A stretch of 55,831 nucleotides of DNA, filler included, from Catajapyx aquilonaris (Eukaryota): NCBI GenBank assembly GCA_000934665.2. It is 4 parts of 4 records of this genome, joined end to end, with 100 filler letters (N's around TTAATTAATTAA, not from the genome) between each part and the next. Parts side by side here need not be neighbours in the genome. Positions count along the whole stretch, not along the records: positions 27,970 to 41,853 come from JYFJ02007955.1; positions 41,954 to 55,831 come from JYFJ02007956.1; 2 more parts are not named here. One strand, written 5' to 3'. Made by a program: the position numbers and the translations under genes. A model generated the notes under the pieces. The model worked only from the letters and a program-made list of their open reading frames with translations. It was not told the origin of the DNA and searched no databases. Position 1 is the first letter of the stretch, and every line of letters begins with the position of its first letter. Shown here one piece after another: positions 33,201-46,600 of this stretch.

Positions 33201-36200
33201 TTCACTAGGAGGATTGCAAAACCTGACAACTATATTTCTCATTGGTACAGTGAAAAATGCCAGTCATACTGTGAAGGAACATCAAATATGCATTATAATG
33301 CACCTAGATTGAACAGGTATAACACTAACATGCTTCATGCAGGTCACGCAGCCAAAAGCAACAAATTGTTACTTGTAAGAAACTCATATTAACTGCCACA
33401 GAATCTGTATTACGTGAAAGTGGCATTTTCAGGGCCAGAAATCAGGAAAGTGCACCTACATCTAATCAGTAGTACTTCCATGTATGTTCTAAATTGTATT
33501 TATTTTTATGCAACTGCATGTTGTCAAACAGGAATGTAGTTAAACTGCAGCACAGAAGGATTCAAGGGATAAAATCATCTGGTGCAGAGTGATTGCACAT
33601 GCTGCATAGCTGTAGTATAAATAGGGCTCTGGTGAAGTAGAAATTCTGCGCACAGACTAGCTCTACATCATGTGAAAAAGATAATTAGAGGCCTTCAACA
33701 CCACAACACAAAACTTGCAATATGAACTGTTATAACTGTTTTGGTAAAAATAAAAAAAAATACACATGTGCTGCTTTTCTCATTCTATTTCTGTCGGGTT
33801 ACGGATAAGAGAGAGTCTACTGTATTACCACCTACAGTGTATTTGAATGTGTTCCTTTCGCACCACAACCACCAGGCAATATGAAGATGGACTGAATGAC
33901 CCAACAGAGTATGGACTAAAGGACACGGTAATAATTTAAAATGAAAGTTCACTTGTTCATAGAATCAGCATCACCAAGAGCTAATGGTATCACGGATTAA
34001 ATACTTATCTGGTAGCTCTTTGAGTGTCAAAAGCACTGCTAAATTAGGTTCAAAATCTTCAAAATTTTAATCCTTCAACTTTGGCCCTTGCCCCTATTGA
34101 ATCATTCAGTATTCAGAACATGTGATATGGCCACAAAAGTAAGGTAAACCCAGCAGATGTATCTCCCTACCTGGATGACTGTGATCGGTGTCAAGCCACA
34201 CCCAGACTGCCTTCTCAGCCTCCTCATTGTATATGTGGGGGAATCTGTTCCGCAGGAGCTTCATCAAAAGGAAGTTTCCTCGGTTGGTGGCCATGTTCTG
34301 GTCTCTGCGAAAGAGAAGCAATGGTTCACCACATCGAGTCAAACGAAAAAAAATGGGGAAAGAGAAAACTTACTCTGTGACGATGACTTCATCTTGTGTG
34401 CGACGGATGATGCGAACTGGTCCTGGGTAGCGCACCAGCTGTGCTGCATTACACAGGTTGATGTGGTTGAGGATGGTGAAGCGGATGATGGAGCTTAGTG
34501 AGGATGGCATGCGAGCGACCGCCAAGGGCAGGACATGGTCGAAAGAGGCATCCAAGACCTGCAAGTTGTAATAAAATTAACTTAATGAGCTATAATAACA
34601 ATTCAGTGAGATTCACAGTCATTAGAGATGCAGCTACACCAGATGAATAAATGATGCACGCATGATGTGACTCAGACTCATTACCCATGATGACCAAGTC
34701 AAATGCAACCATCATCATTAACACATCTAGCCTTCAGTGTAAGAGAAATGCATTTCCTTAACCATTTACGAGTAAATACTTACAACTCCTCTGATGTCTG
34801 GGTAGCTCGAGGCAGCCAGAGTTGCTGTGAATCCACCAATACTCCAGCCGTAAAGCAGGATGTCTGGCGGCTGAAACCCTAGATGATGGATGGCGAACTG
34901 AACCACCGCATCCACTGCTTCCGCTTCCTGCTCAGGGTATGGCATCCCCTGTCAAATCCAAAAAATAAAAAACTTCATTACACAATCTGACCAGAGCTTA
35001 TGACGAGGTGAGAACTGACCGTGCTCCCTCCAAATCCGGGGTGGTTCCATCCAACTACGGAATACCCTGCTTCCACAGGCGTCATCACAATTCCAGCTTC
35101 ATAGAAGCCTGCATTGCCCTCACAACATATCACTAGAATACCGCCGTTCTTGCTCCTGGAAAAGATCGGCAAGGATTACGCTTACAAGAACATGCAACTC
35201 TTTGCGTCATCTCCAATATTCGTTTGCTGACCTTGCCCTCTGGTCAACAAAGACAAGGTCAATGTGGTTTCTGTCTCTCGTGGCGATCTTGAATCTCTCT
35301 GCTCTGCACTCCTCTATCAGCTTGGCTCTCCCTTCCACGAGATACCCGTCCATGGCTGCCTGAAGCATCCCGATGGACCCAGGGTAGACCAGGCGGATCC
35401 CAACCGTGTGGGCCACCAGCATGGAGACCACCTGGCAAGGGAGGGTCTTCACCCAGTCCTTTGTGCTCAGGTTGCGAGAACCTTTGATCAGCATGGGCTT
35501 GCCCATCTTGCCCTTCTTTTCCTCGACACGGGTCACGTCGAACTCCACCGGCCAGTGGGAAAAGTCAAAGTCATAGCGGGCAAGAGCACGCTGAAATTGA
35601 ATCCAAAGTTGTCCTCGTTCCAGTGTAGGCAATTTCCAATTTTTAAAATATAAACAACATTTTCTGTCTCCAACATTACCCCCATACCTTGGTGTCCTTG
35701 TCAAGTTGAATATGAGAGTCTTGGACGGCTCTGAGGAAGTTGACGTAATCCGGATTCTGCAGGCGTCCTACAGCTCTCAGCATGCATGAGCCGACGTATA
35801 CAATGCCCAGCATGGTGTAGAGCTGGGCAAACATGGTAACAGCTGTTGTGCTGAATACTCCTCGACGGAAAAACATCACCAAGAGCAGCGGCGAGGCATA
35901 GCTGACAATAACCACCTGACAAATGATTCACAGTAAATGTAAAGCATTGCCAGACATGAAAACAAGGTGTACTTACGGACTTTACAATGCTGTTTCCCCA
36001 TCTTTCCATTGAGAACGGCTCATACAGCTTTCCCTGGAAGTAAACAAACGCACGCTAATCCAATCAACTGCAAGAAAAAAAATAAGCGATGCATCTGAAA
36101 ATGCCGATCAGGGTGAATAATTCCCGTGACCTAATTTCGTCCGAAACTGACCAAGCACAACTTGGCTGGAATGGCCTGCAAAACTTCTCATCACCTACTT

Positions 36201-36908
36201 AACAAGCTCCCTCATTACACATCAGAATGGAAAGTTTTAATCTGGAGCAGCTAACTTTTCTCACCACAACATCGGTAAACAACCTCACGACCTACCTAAC
36301 ATTACAAATCTGCCCTCTTTGAACCTCGTGGTCGCAATAAAATATTTTGCAGTTTTCAGGCAATGGTGCGTCCTTCTGGAGAACACTTTTATTGATCTGC
36401 GAGTCAATCAATAAAGCCCAGGTTGAGCCAGTGTGCCTTCAACATTATTTAACAGCATACAGTACTTGTGCACTATTATTATTTTTGTTGTTGTTGTTGT
36501 TGTCATTGTTGTTGTTGTGCTGGTATGGCCTTCAAAATTACTTAACACTGTACATGTATTGCACACAGTACTTGTGCATTATTGTTGTTGTTGTTGTACA
36601 GTACTACTACAGGTAATCCCACTTCCGCTTGCAAGAAACATGAAATATTCAGTGTTGGCTTAACGACAACGGAACATGTACGGACCATGCCTAAATGACT
36701 TCATGGCCCTCATGCAATCGTTGCAGTGCGGATAATGGAACGCAATAATGATTCCATGATGACTCAGCAGCACCTGTGCACAACCTCTCTTTTTTTCTCC
36801 TAATAATGGTGTGTGTGTGCACTTTCTCACCTCGATGCTTCCCGAGGAGTGGACCCTGTAGAGCTTGGGTCCGAAGACGCATTTCAGGAGGAACTTGAGG
36901 GCGGCCAT
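30244..36908 (-). CDS. ABHD16A: Phosphatidylserine lipase ABHD16A (BAT5), multi-exon
   Basis: Start MAALKFLLKCVFGPKLYR (36908); YDFDFSHWPVEF; LVICCEGNAGFYEAG; GWNHPGFGGST; nucleophile YGWSIGG; VLDASFD; YPGPVRIIRRTQDEVI; NRGNFLL. Last exons (30570-30428 and 30357-30244) read QMAIYL|ASKHLVDFSSTHCTPLP...*. Intron 30571-34170 is 3.6 kb. Confidence 0.95.
31055..31483. mobile_element. Tc1/mariner(pogo)-type MITE with a nested short palindromic element (31303-31410)
   Basis: TIRs CAGTGTACTCCTGATTATCCGG and CCGGAAAATCGGGAGTACAGTG. The inner AATTTT..TCCCACTGCTA..TAGCAGTGGGACAAAAATTCCACCC element is related to 41345-41442. Confidence 0.7.
32144..32961 (+). CDS. Secreted chitin-binding type-2 (peritrophin-A-like) protein nested in the ABHD16A intron
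   Basis: TATAAATA at 32103; exons 32144-32252 (MDLRRMLALGLMLLALSWAGSYG signal peptide), 32367-32507 and 32585-32961, all phase 1 and frame-consistent. C-x13-C-x5-C...C-x12-C-x11-C with CSSYYLC and CKAGWVYDQNKGRC. Confidence 0.82.
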
Positions 36909-37139
36909 CTGGAGACGCCCCACGGAGAGGGCAGAGGTCAGGTCACCTCTTTTTTAAATCCCGATGGTTTTTGTGTTGTTCTGTTCGGCTGCTGGGCTCG
37001 ATTTTTTTTTTTTTTTNTTTTTTTTTTTTTTTTTGCTAGTTCCTACTCCCGCCGCTTGAAGCGCATGTGACGTCATCAGGTATCGATTGACGATACTTGA
37101 TGCGAGTATCGACCTGACGATACTGATGATTTGAAAAAA
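36909..37139. promoter_or_regulatory. Bidirectional promoter ABHD16A/COQ4
   Basis: Divergent ATGs 231 bp apart; TGACGTCA at 37068-37075; DRE-like TATCGAT at 37081 and several CGATA/TATCG half-sites. Confidence 0.7.
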
Positions 37140-38093
37140 ATGGCGGCGTCCTTGAGCCAGTTAACCACAAAAAGATCAGCTTTCTTGCAAATATGGAGGA
37201 AGTGCAGCACAGGGGCGGACCAGGGGCTGTACCCGCATCACATACGGACCAACGCGCTGCAGAAGACCGTGCTGGCAGTGGGGTCAGCTGCACTGGCACT
37301 CTGGGATCCAGGGAGAGGAGGTGCCGGTTGGTGGTGACCCTCCGTCATGTTGCTGATTTTAACATTGTTTTTCTCTTACTGTAGATATGGTGTCGGTTCT
37401 AGGCGAGACAACAGGGCATGGTGCACTAGCTGGCATGATGCAGAGGATGAGCCGGAGTACGGAAGGTGCGCAGATACTTAAGGACCGACCCAGGATATCG
37501 TCAAAGACTGTCGACCTAGAGTATCTTAGCAGGCTGCCTGATGGAAGTGTGGGGAAGACCTACGTGGATTTCCTGGATGCAAATGTAACAATAGTTTCCT
37601 TCAGCTTGGGGAAACTGTTACATGTTGCTTCATCTCGCTTTTTAGGAAGTCACTCCGGATACAAGACTTCCAGTCCGGTTCGTGGACGATGCTGACCTCG
37701 CATACGTGATGCAACGGTACAGGGAGATTCATGATCTCGTACACGCCATTCTGGGTATGCCGACCAATATGTTGGGAGAGGTGGCAGTCAAATGGATCGA
37801 GGGCATCCAGACGTCTCTTCCGATGTGCATCGGTGGCGGGATCTTCGGAGCAGCCAGACTCAAGCCCAAGTACCGTACATTCTTCCATAAGGAAAGTAAT
37901 TAACACTACTGAAACTTTTTGATTTTTCAGGCAAAGGCAGCTGTACATGACCCGCTTCCTGCCCTGGGCCATTCGGGTCGGACAAAACAGCAAGTTCATG
38001 ATGAACATTTACTTTGAGAGGCGGTGGGAGCAGCCACTGGACGACCTGAGGAAAGAGTACAACATTGAGCCGCCCCCGTCTTTCAAGCTGTGA
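37140..38093 (+). CDS. COQ4: Ubiquinone biosynthesis protein COQ4, mitochondrial
   Basis: Four exons; LYPHHI...[81 protein letters not shown] (HDxxH metal motif), [11 protein letters not shown]. Confidence 0.96.
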
Positions 38094-38953
38094 CCAAAGG
38101 AGTCAGTGATAGATCTCTTTATTTCCGGCCAACACAAAAAAACAAAGCTGGGACATTTCCTTCACACTAACAACACTTCACATCCAAGTTAACTGTGCTT
38201 CTATGTACAATAAAATAGGATTGAAACATGACAATCCAGGAGCAAAGAGGAGAAAAAAAAGAGATTATGGCAATTACACTAATTAACTCAGTCCAACAGC
38301 TGTTTTAAAATAGTGCCTATATGTCCCGATATGTTAATCTACGATTAGAGGTATCGACAAAAAATAACTAATCCTGAAGAAGGCGGCACACACGACATTA
38401 GCTCCACACTGAATTATTTCCCAGCACACCAAAAAGAGATGAGAGGCTGCGAAAAATGTATTCAAACTATAAATATTCTTGAGTATTGTACACATGACAA
38501 AAAAAAAAATTCCATCAGAAATTAAAATCGATTATTATCTCACCATTTAAAATGGATATTTCCCATCCCGATATTAGTGCTTTCTTATAAAAAAGAATCT
38601 CCAAATAACTTAAACTTGTGTTTGGGGGGGGGAGGGGAAGAGAGACACACGTGCTACTCTTTAACACATAAAACGAGTCGTAAGCAAGGTAACATTAGCC
38701 AAGTAACAAAGGTAGATGAGGGAGAGGACATTACAATGAACAATGATTTATACACAGTGATAAAAATCTGTCAGCGCAACATAGTTAACAGGACCAGCAC
38801 CAGTAATAAGCTATACATTAAAAGAAAAAAGGTACTCAAACCATTAGATTTTGGGGGGATAAAGGGTGATTATTCCAGAAAATGGCACTTTTTAAAGTCC
38901 CCTCTCGACGAAACCGGTTTGGTTTTTTGCAAGATTTTTGTTTCATTTTTGCT

Positions 38954-40672
<1,719 letters not shown>

Positions 40673-41309
40673 CTATCTACTTGCCCCTCAAGGCATGCCC
40701 ATCAGGGACACTGCCAAGGGGGACATGACCTTCTTGGGCAACCAACCGACTGACTCCTGGTCACATAATCGACGTGTCCATTACACGGACCTGTTCCCGC
40801 AGAAAGATCACACTACAAGAAGCCTGACCCCATCTTGACCGGTGCATGCAAAAACATCTAATGTGGAAAGTTCCGTTTTCATGCAGCTTTCTTGCTGTTC
40901 CCAAGAAAACTTTCCCCTGGCAGTGTACGACAAGCAATTAAACTTGAAAACTCAAATTTTACGAAGGGCATCAAATTGCTTTCCTCGTTTAAATCTTCCC
41001 ATCCAGTTTTAATGGCTTTGGGCTGTACCACACTCGTAAATGTTTAAATTGTTTAAAATAATTAGACAAGCCATTCATGACAATGGAAAGCCTCAGGTGA
41101 CCCTTACCTGTAATAAAGTGTCATTACTTACGGCGCTTACGGTAATGAATGGCAAGGCCTGTTTGATACAGTAGTACAAGTACATCTGTCTTTTTATGTA
41201 CTGTGTATAAGGGGAACCAAATTGCAAATTTTAAAATATTATTACATATATTGCAAAATATTAATTAACAATAGACCAGGATTATATGGTACTATATAGA
41301 AGGAAAAGG

Positions 41310-41770
41310 ATCTTAGTAAGTCTTAGTAAGTGTCACTAACAAGTAAGGGTAGAATTTTCATCCCACTGCTAGTTACTGCTAACTTAGCAGTATCAGTGCC
41401 AACACTGGTACTGCTAAGTTAGCAGTAACAAAATTCCACCCTAAGTCTTAATATTAGTGTCACTAACAAGTAAGTGTAACTGGGAAGTAAGTCTAATCAT
41501 CACTGGCAAGTAAGCCTTAGTGTCTCGGGCAAGTCTTAGTGTCACTAACAAGTGCCACTAATAAGTGCTACTAAGTGTCATTAGCAAGTAGTTTAGTAAC
41601 ACTTACTTGCTAGTGACACTAAGACTAGTAACACTTACTAAGTGTCACTAAGTCTAAGTAAGTCTTAGTAAGTGTCATTAGCAAGTAGTTTAGTAACACT
41701 TACTCTCTAGTGACACTAAGACTAGTGACACTTACTAAGTGTCACTAAGTCTTGGGAAGTCTTTCTAAGA
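41310..41770. repeat. Low-complexity satellite (AGTGTCACTAAG / CTTAGTAAG units in both orientations) containing a palindromic mini-element at 41345-41442
   Basis: Repeated TAAGTGTCACTA, TAGTGACACT and CTTACT units, with a ~99-bp higher-order duplication from about 41572 and 41669. Confidence 0.8.
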
Positions 41771-41853
41771 CCTTTTCCCTGAGAAGACCATGGTCTAGAC
41801 CAGGTTCCTGGCCCGTTTAAATGCCTGGAATTTGGCGAATAAATGCGAGAAAT

Positions 41854-41953
41854 NNNNNNNNNNNNNNNNNNNNNNNNNNNNNNNNNNNNNNNNNNNNTTA
41901 ATTAATTAANNNNNNNNNNNNNNNNNNNNNNNNNNNNNNNNNNNNNNNNNNNN
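41854..41953. other. Artificial contig spacer
   Basis: N44-TTAATTAATTAA-N44. Confidence 0.97.
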
Positions 41954-42098
41954 TGAGATTGCTATCGGACTGTATGGTACATCCGTGATTGTAGTGACTT
42001 TATGACCCGTGGTTGCCACATTGAGTCAGTCAATTTGGATTTTTTGATGAAACAGGTTTAGCGCTAAATTACTGTACTTTCGCTATATATTAAAATCT

Positions 42099-42322
42099 GA
42101 AATTAATATTATTACACACATGTCTAAGTATTGACAAGAACTTGTTATCTTACTCTTAAATTATTTAATGAAAGTTATCATTACTTTCAAGCATTCAACT
42201 CAAAATTTAAATGCGAAATTAATATTATTACACACACGTCGAAGTACTTTGATAGGAATTTGTTCTTGTAGCAACTTACCTCACTTTTAAAATATTTAGT
42301 GAAAGTTATTCCTACTTTCAAG
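42099..42322. repeat. ~116-bp degenerate tandem duplication
   Basis: GAAATTAATAT(AT)TATTACACACA...TGAAAGTTAT...TACTTTCAAG occurs twice. Confidence 0.7.
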
Positions 42323-43123
42323 AATTTTTCGTACTGTGTGAGTCAAAATATATAATTCTGGCATGCTCAATGTCATATAATAATATATTATTTAATGTAT
42401 GGTCAAATAAGTAGTTTCTGGTTTTCCATTTTCTACCACCTCTCCCTGCCACGAAGCGTAAGATTTGTAATTTACAATGTAAAGTTTCCTGTCAAACAAG
42501 CAATTACAGGACTAATAATAAAAAATGTCAAATTCACAGAATTCGTGAAAATTATCGATAACGCAATGCCCAACATGGAAACGTGACTCCGAATACGCTT
42601 TCATCGTATTACAAACTCTAATGTCAAGAGAGTAATCTGGCACCTATCAATCGAAGCTCATCACATTGCTCATAAATACCTAATGACACCACCTTGCTTC
42701 CAACTTCTCTTATAAACCCCCCCCATGAATAATGGACTCGGCAGTATGCAAATTTAACGCGAAACACTCGGCGGAGGTGAAGATTCGCGATGACGAAACG
42801 ACTTCGCAGTGTCATAACTGTAGTGTAATCCCATAATGAGTCCCTTCAAGAGAAAGCCTATTACTTACGGCCAACGCACCCTGCAAGGACTTCACGAGAA
42901 GAACCGCAGCTGGAAGAAAAAAATAATTTCACCTCCATTACGACAATCATGTCATCACACACGCATCTTGCTCACCTGCTGTAAATATGCAGGAGATAAG
43001 CCCGTGTGAACAATGCTGGGCGTTGATCAGCAATAGTCCACGTACATTTTAATTAGAGAAAAGGAGGCTCGTGCCACGCATACTTAATGAATTCGCAGGC
43101 TGAAGTTGGCAGGGCCACAAGGA

Positions 43124-43297
43124 GCTAGGCCTAGCCCAGTCATTATGATATTTCTAGGCCTAAGTGACCAGTTTTGTCAGCTGATAGGCTTATTAAAGGA
43201 AAATCTTTCCACAGCACTTTTCCTTTAATAAGCCTATGAGCTGACAAAACTGGTCACTTAGGCATAGAAATATCATAATGACTGGGCTAGTCCTAGC
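43124..43297. mobile_element. Foldback element with ~80-bp near-perfect arms
   Basis: GCTAGGCCTAGCCCAGTCATTATGATATTTCT...TTAAAGGAAAA, a 14-nt loop, then the reverse complement with 3 mismatches. Confidence 0.85.
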
Positions 43298-43668
43298 GAG
43301 CTCCTTTTAATTTTTAAAGTTGATAACATGATGCATTTCGGATCCCGGAACCAATACAAAGGATAGATTGATAGCCGGCTAATCCATCAGGAATGCGCGT
43401 ACTATGTAGTGACGTGGCTTATTTTAATCTTGCCGTTTGATGACCACTTGGCCCGGCCTCAAAACCGTGCCCACGTTGTCTGAATGCTAATGAGGTTGCC
43501 AATCGAACAAACTTTTTTTTTTGACTACTCAGTGACATTTTTTAAAACTGATTCACACCGTTTTTTTCCCACCATTTCCCACAGGCTAATGAGTGCCAAA
43601 TGCAGTTGATGCCGTCACGTCAGTGTCACCGCAGACTAGGGGATAGACGTGTCTATCGCATTGCTGAA

Positions 43669-46600
43669 ATGACATCGATTACCAGGATTTGCATCATCCT
43701 TTGCGCGATAGTCATCACCTTGGGATGCTCAGGAGTTGTGGTAAATGGCTTTCTGATGCCCCTCTGCCTATTTGTCACCCAATGACGTGACAATTGGCGT
43801 AAAATATTCCCCGGAATATCTACATTGTTGTCAACAATAAACACCTATTCGGACCGTATCAAAAAAATCCAGCAGTACAATTATTAGTAAACTAATCAGA
43901 CAAATTGTGCAAAATCATCGATCCTAATGTTAGCTTCAATTTCATTTAAAATTTGCATTTCAATTTTCGCTTATTCGACGAATTCCACCGAAGCAATATT
44001 TACCGCGTGTCATGAATATGTAAAAGCACTCAGGGTTAATAAATTCCACTTCAATGCACATTACTAGCGCTTAAAACGTTCCTGCAGGGTGGTTCATTGC
44101 TCAAGTGCACAGTTGTTTATTGTAATTAATAAGACAGCTGCTGTGTTGATTTTCACTCTAAATGTCAGTTACGGTCAACTTTCGCTGCCAGATAGCAATC
44201 AGGCTGTATGTATAAACATGATGTTAATCAGCATTTGTTTACACCAGATAGTCCTAATGCTGGGCCAGAACGGAGAGGAAGATGGAGTTGGTCAAACCGC
44301 GAGGGAATTGGGTGACAGCATCACTAGTGACACCGACTGCCTAGATGTTGACCTCTCGTCGGTCGATGGACTTCTCCTACCTCAACCCCAATCCATCAAG
44401 GCATCCCGCAACTGCTCTGATGAGTCCGGCAAGCAGCACACGAATGGTGTCATGAATGAGTCATCCAGCGTGACTGATGACATGGTTACCGCGTTCAGTC
44501 ACAGCATCATAGTGGGCGGAGACGACGACATCGCGCCAGATAATAATTACGACACTCAAAATGACGAGACCAGAAACTACGACCTGTTGGACATCTACGG
44601 AGGAGAAGTGTACGACACGCAAAATGACACGGAATTCGAGTACGACGAATCGGATATCACAGACTACTTCGGACAGATACAGTTTGACCTCCCTGTTGAC
44701 GTGTTTGACTCCAACAGTACTGAGGACCGGTCAGCATTGTTGGAATCCGCGTCTGAAGAGTCGCCCATTATGGCTAGGTCAGTTCTTTTAGATTTTTTTT
44801 TTTTACAAACTCAATCTAGTGCGCACTCACACTCGCGCAGATCCTGTTGCGACAACAACGTTGCCAGAGTTATTCCCCAGGGGTCCAATTCACACCCGTA
44901 GCCTGAGATTCGTTCCAGAGCCTTGGCAACGTCGCAAACGTCGGCCATTTTGTTCACCCCCCAAGTGTAGCGTTGGAAATAAGTGCACAGACAGCTTACC
45001 AGCTATACAGGGTGTTCCAAGTTCGTGGGTCTTTTTTGGCCATCACTAATATCGCTCGAAGTGGTTATTTTTGTGTAGCTTACTAGCTTATTGCTGTGCT
45101 CCGATCCAACTGCCTCGTCAGTACACTATAAAGGTGGTCGAATGCAGCAATGGTTATGGAATAGGGCAACTGATTTAACAAGCTACAAAAATATGACAGA
45201 TTTGAGCGAAATTTCCTATAGGTTTAACAATAACTATTATAAACGGCCCCAAGAAATTTCAACACCCTGTATTCGTTAATTCCAACCGTGCACGCTGCGC
45301 GAACTGTGGTGCGCACTCGGTTGCGCTCGTAAAAATTTCACCTATAGCAATATAGGCCTACCTCTATATGAATAAACATATAAATAAATTCTGATGGGTT
45401 AGGTCAACCCAAAGAAGACGTGAGCAAGGCAAACGTGGTCGTCGTCGACCTCAGCGACCCCAAGGCAGAAGAGGTCCTCGAAGGCCGTTCCAGCACCACC
45501 ACAAGCCGCACCCACCTCTGGCACCTCATCCTCCTCAACCCCCGCCACACCCGCACCAGCACCAGCATCCTCCAACCCCGTACCCGAACAGGTTACCACC
45601 ACCACCCGGGTTCAGGCTGACCTCACCGCGACCTCCGGCTCCTCCGAGGGCGTTCCACCGTCAGCACGAGGCCTCGTTGCCGCCGCCCTTTCCGTCGCCC
45701 GAGCCGCCCTACAAGTACCCACGAGATGCCTCCAGCATCCAAGACATCATCAAGTACTTCAACAACCACCAGCATCAGGCACAATCGGAGCTGCCTCACT
45801 TCTCCCAGATGAAGCCTCCAGTGTACATCAACCCTCCGATCACACCTCACCTACCTAGTTTCTACGTGACCCAGAACCCAGGGGTGCAGGAGGTGCAGGT
45901 TCCTGTGGTGGTCACCCAACCTCCTGTTCAGATCTTCAGGGTCCAGCTGCCCTCCGAGGACAAAGTGCAGCCGAAGAAGGTGGTGAAACACGTCATGTTA
46001 GACGTGTATCCGATGGAGTCGGAGGACCAGCACGGCAGCGCCTCGCAGAACTACGGCGAGGTCAACGGTGGCGGCAACCGGAAGGTGGTGCTTCATCTCA
46101 ACTTCCACTCCAAGAATCCTCATAGAGAGAGCAACCTTTATTTGTAAGTAACAATTCCGCCTCTTTATTGTTGAACAGTGTTGGACATTTCGTGTCATAC
46201 TACTAGCGACATTTTCAGATGCGGCAGCGTGCAAATCGAAGTAGAGTGCGAGCCGTGCGAGTAAGAAATGGTAGCCCTTGGGTGACGTCACTGGCTGGGG
46301 GCAAGCCCCGAGCCGGTGACGTCACTCAAGGCCTACCTCTTCTTACTCGCGTGGCTCACACTCGATTTGCACGTCTGCCGCATCTGTCGCTAGCAGTATG
46401 ACGCGATTAATGTCCAACACTGAACATTGTTCGCTCTGCATATATAGAGTCCATTGTTGTCTTTTCAGCCATCGGACTGGCAGCAACACGCACCAGGCTA
46501 GTGCCAGCCAGCCTGAATCCGCCTCACTAGGAGGAATCCTAGACGCCATCATCGGAGGTCAATTGCAGACGGATTTTGAAATAAGCCACCCAGGTTCGTA

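Noticed and set aside
40673..40800. Candidate upstream WDR47 exon (GTGAG donor near 40672, minus strand)
   Set aside because: All three minus-strand frames contain stops; at most non-coding.
41310..41770. CRISPR-like appearance of recurring short repeats
   Set aside because: No constant repeat with unique spacers, mixed orientations, no cas genes, eukaryotic context.
44415..44450. CTGATGAG hammerhead-like core
   Set aside because: No stem II followed by GAAA; lies inside a coding exon.
44819..45049. Possible extra exon DPVATTTLPELFPRG...RRKRR in the five-exon gene
   Set aside because: Needs a phase-1 acceptor, but the upstream donor at 44777 is phase 2; the phase-compatible frame stops at 44901. 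An alternative short isoform cannot be excluded.
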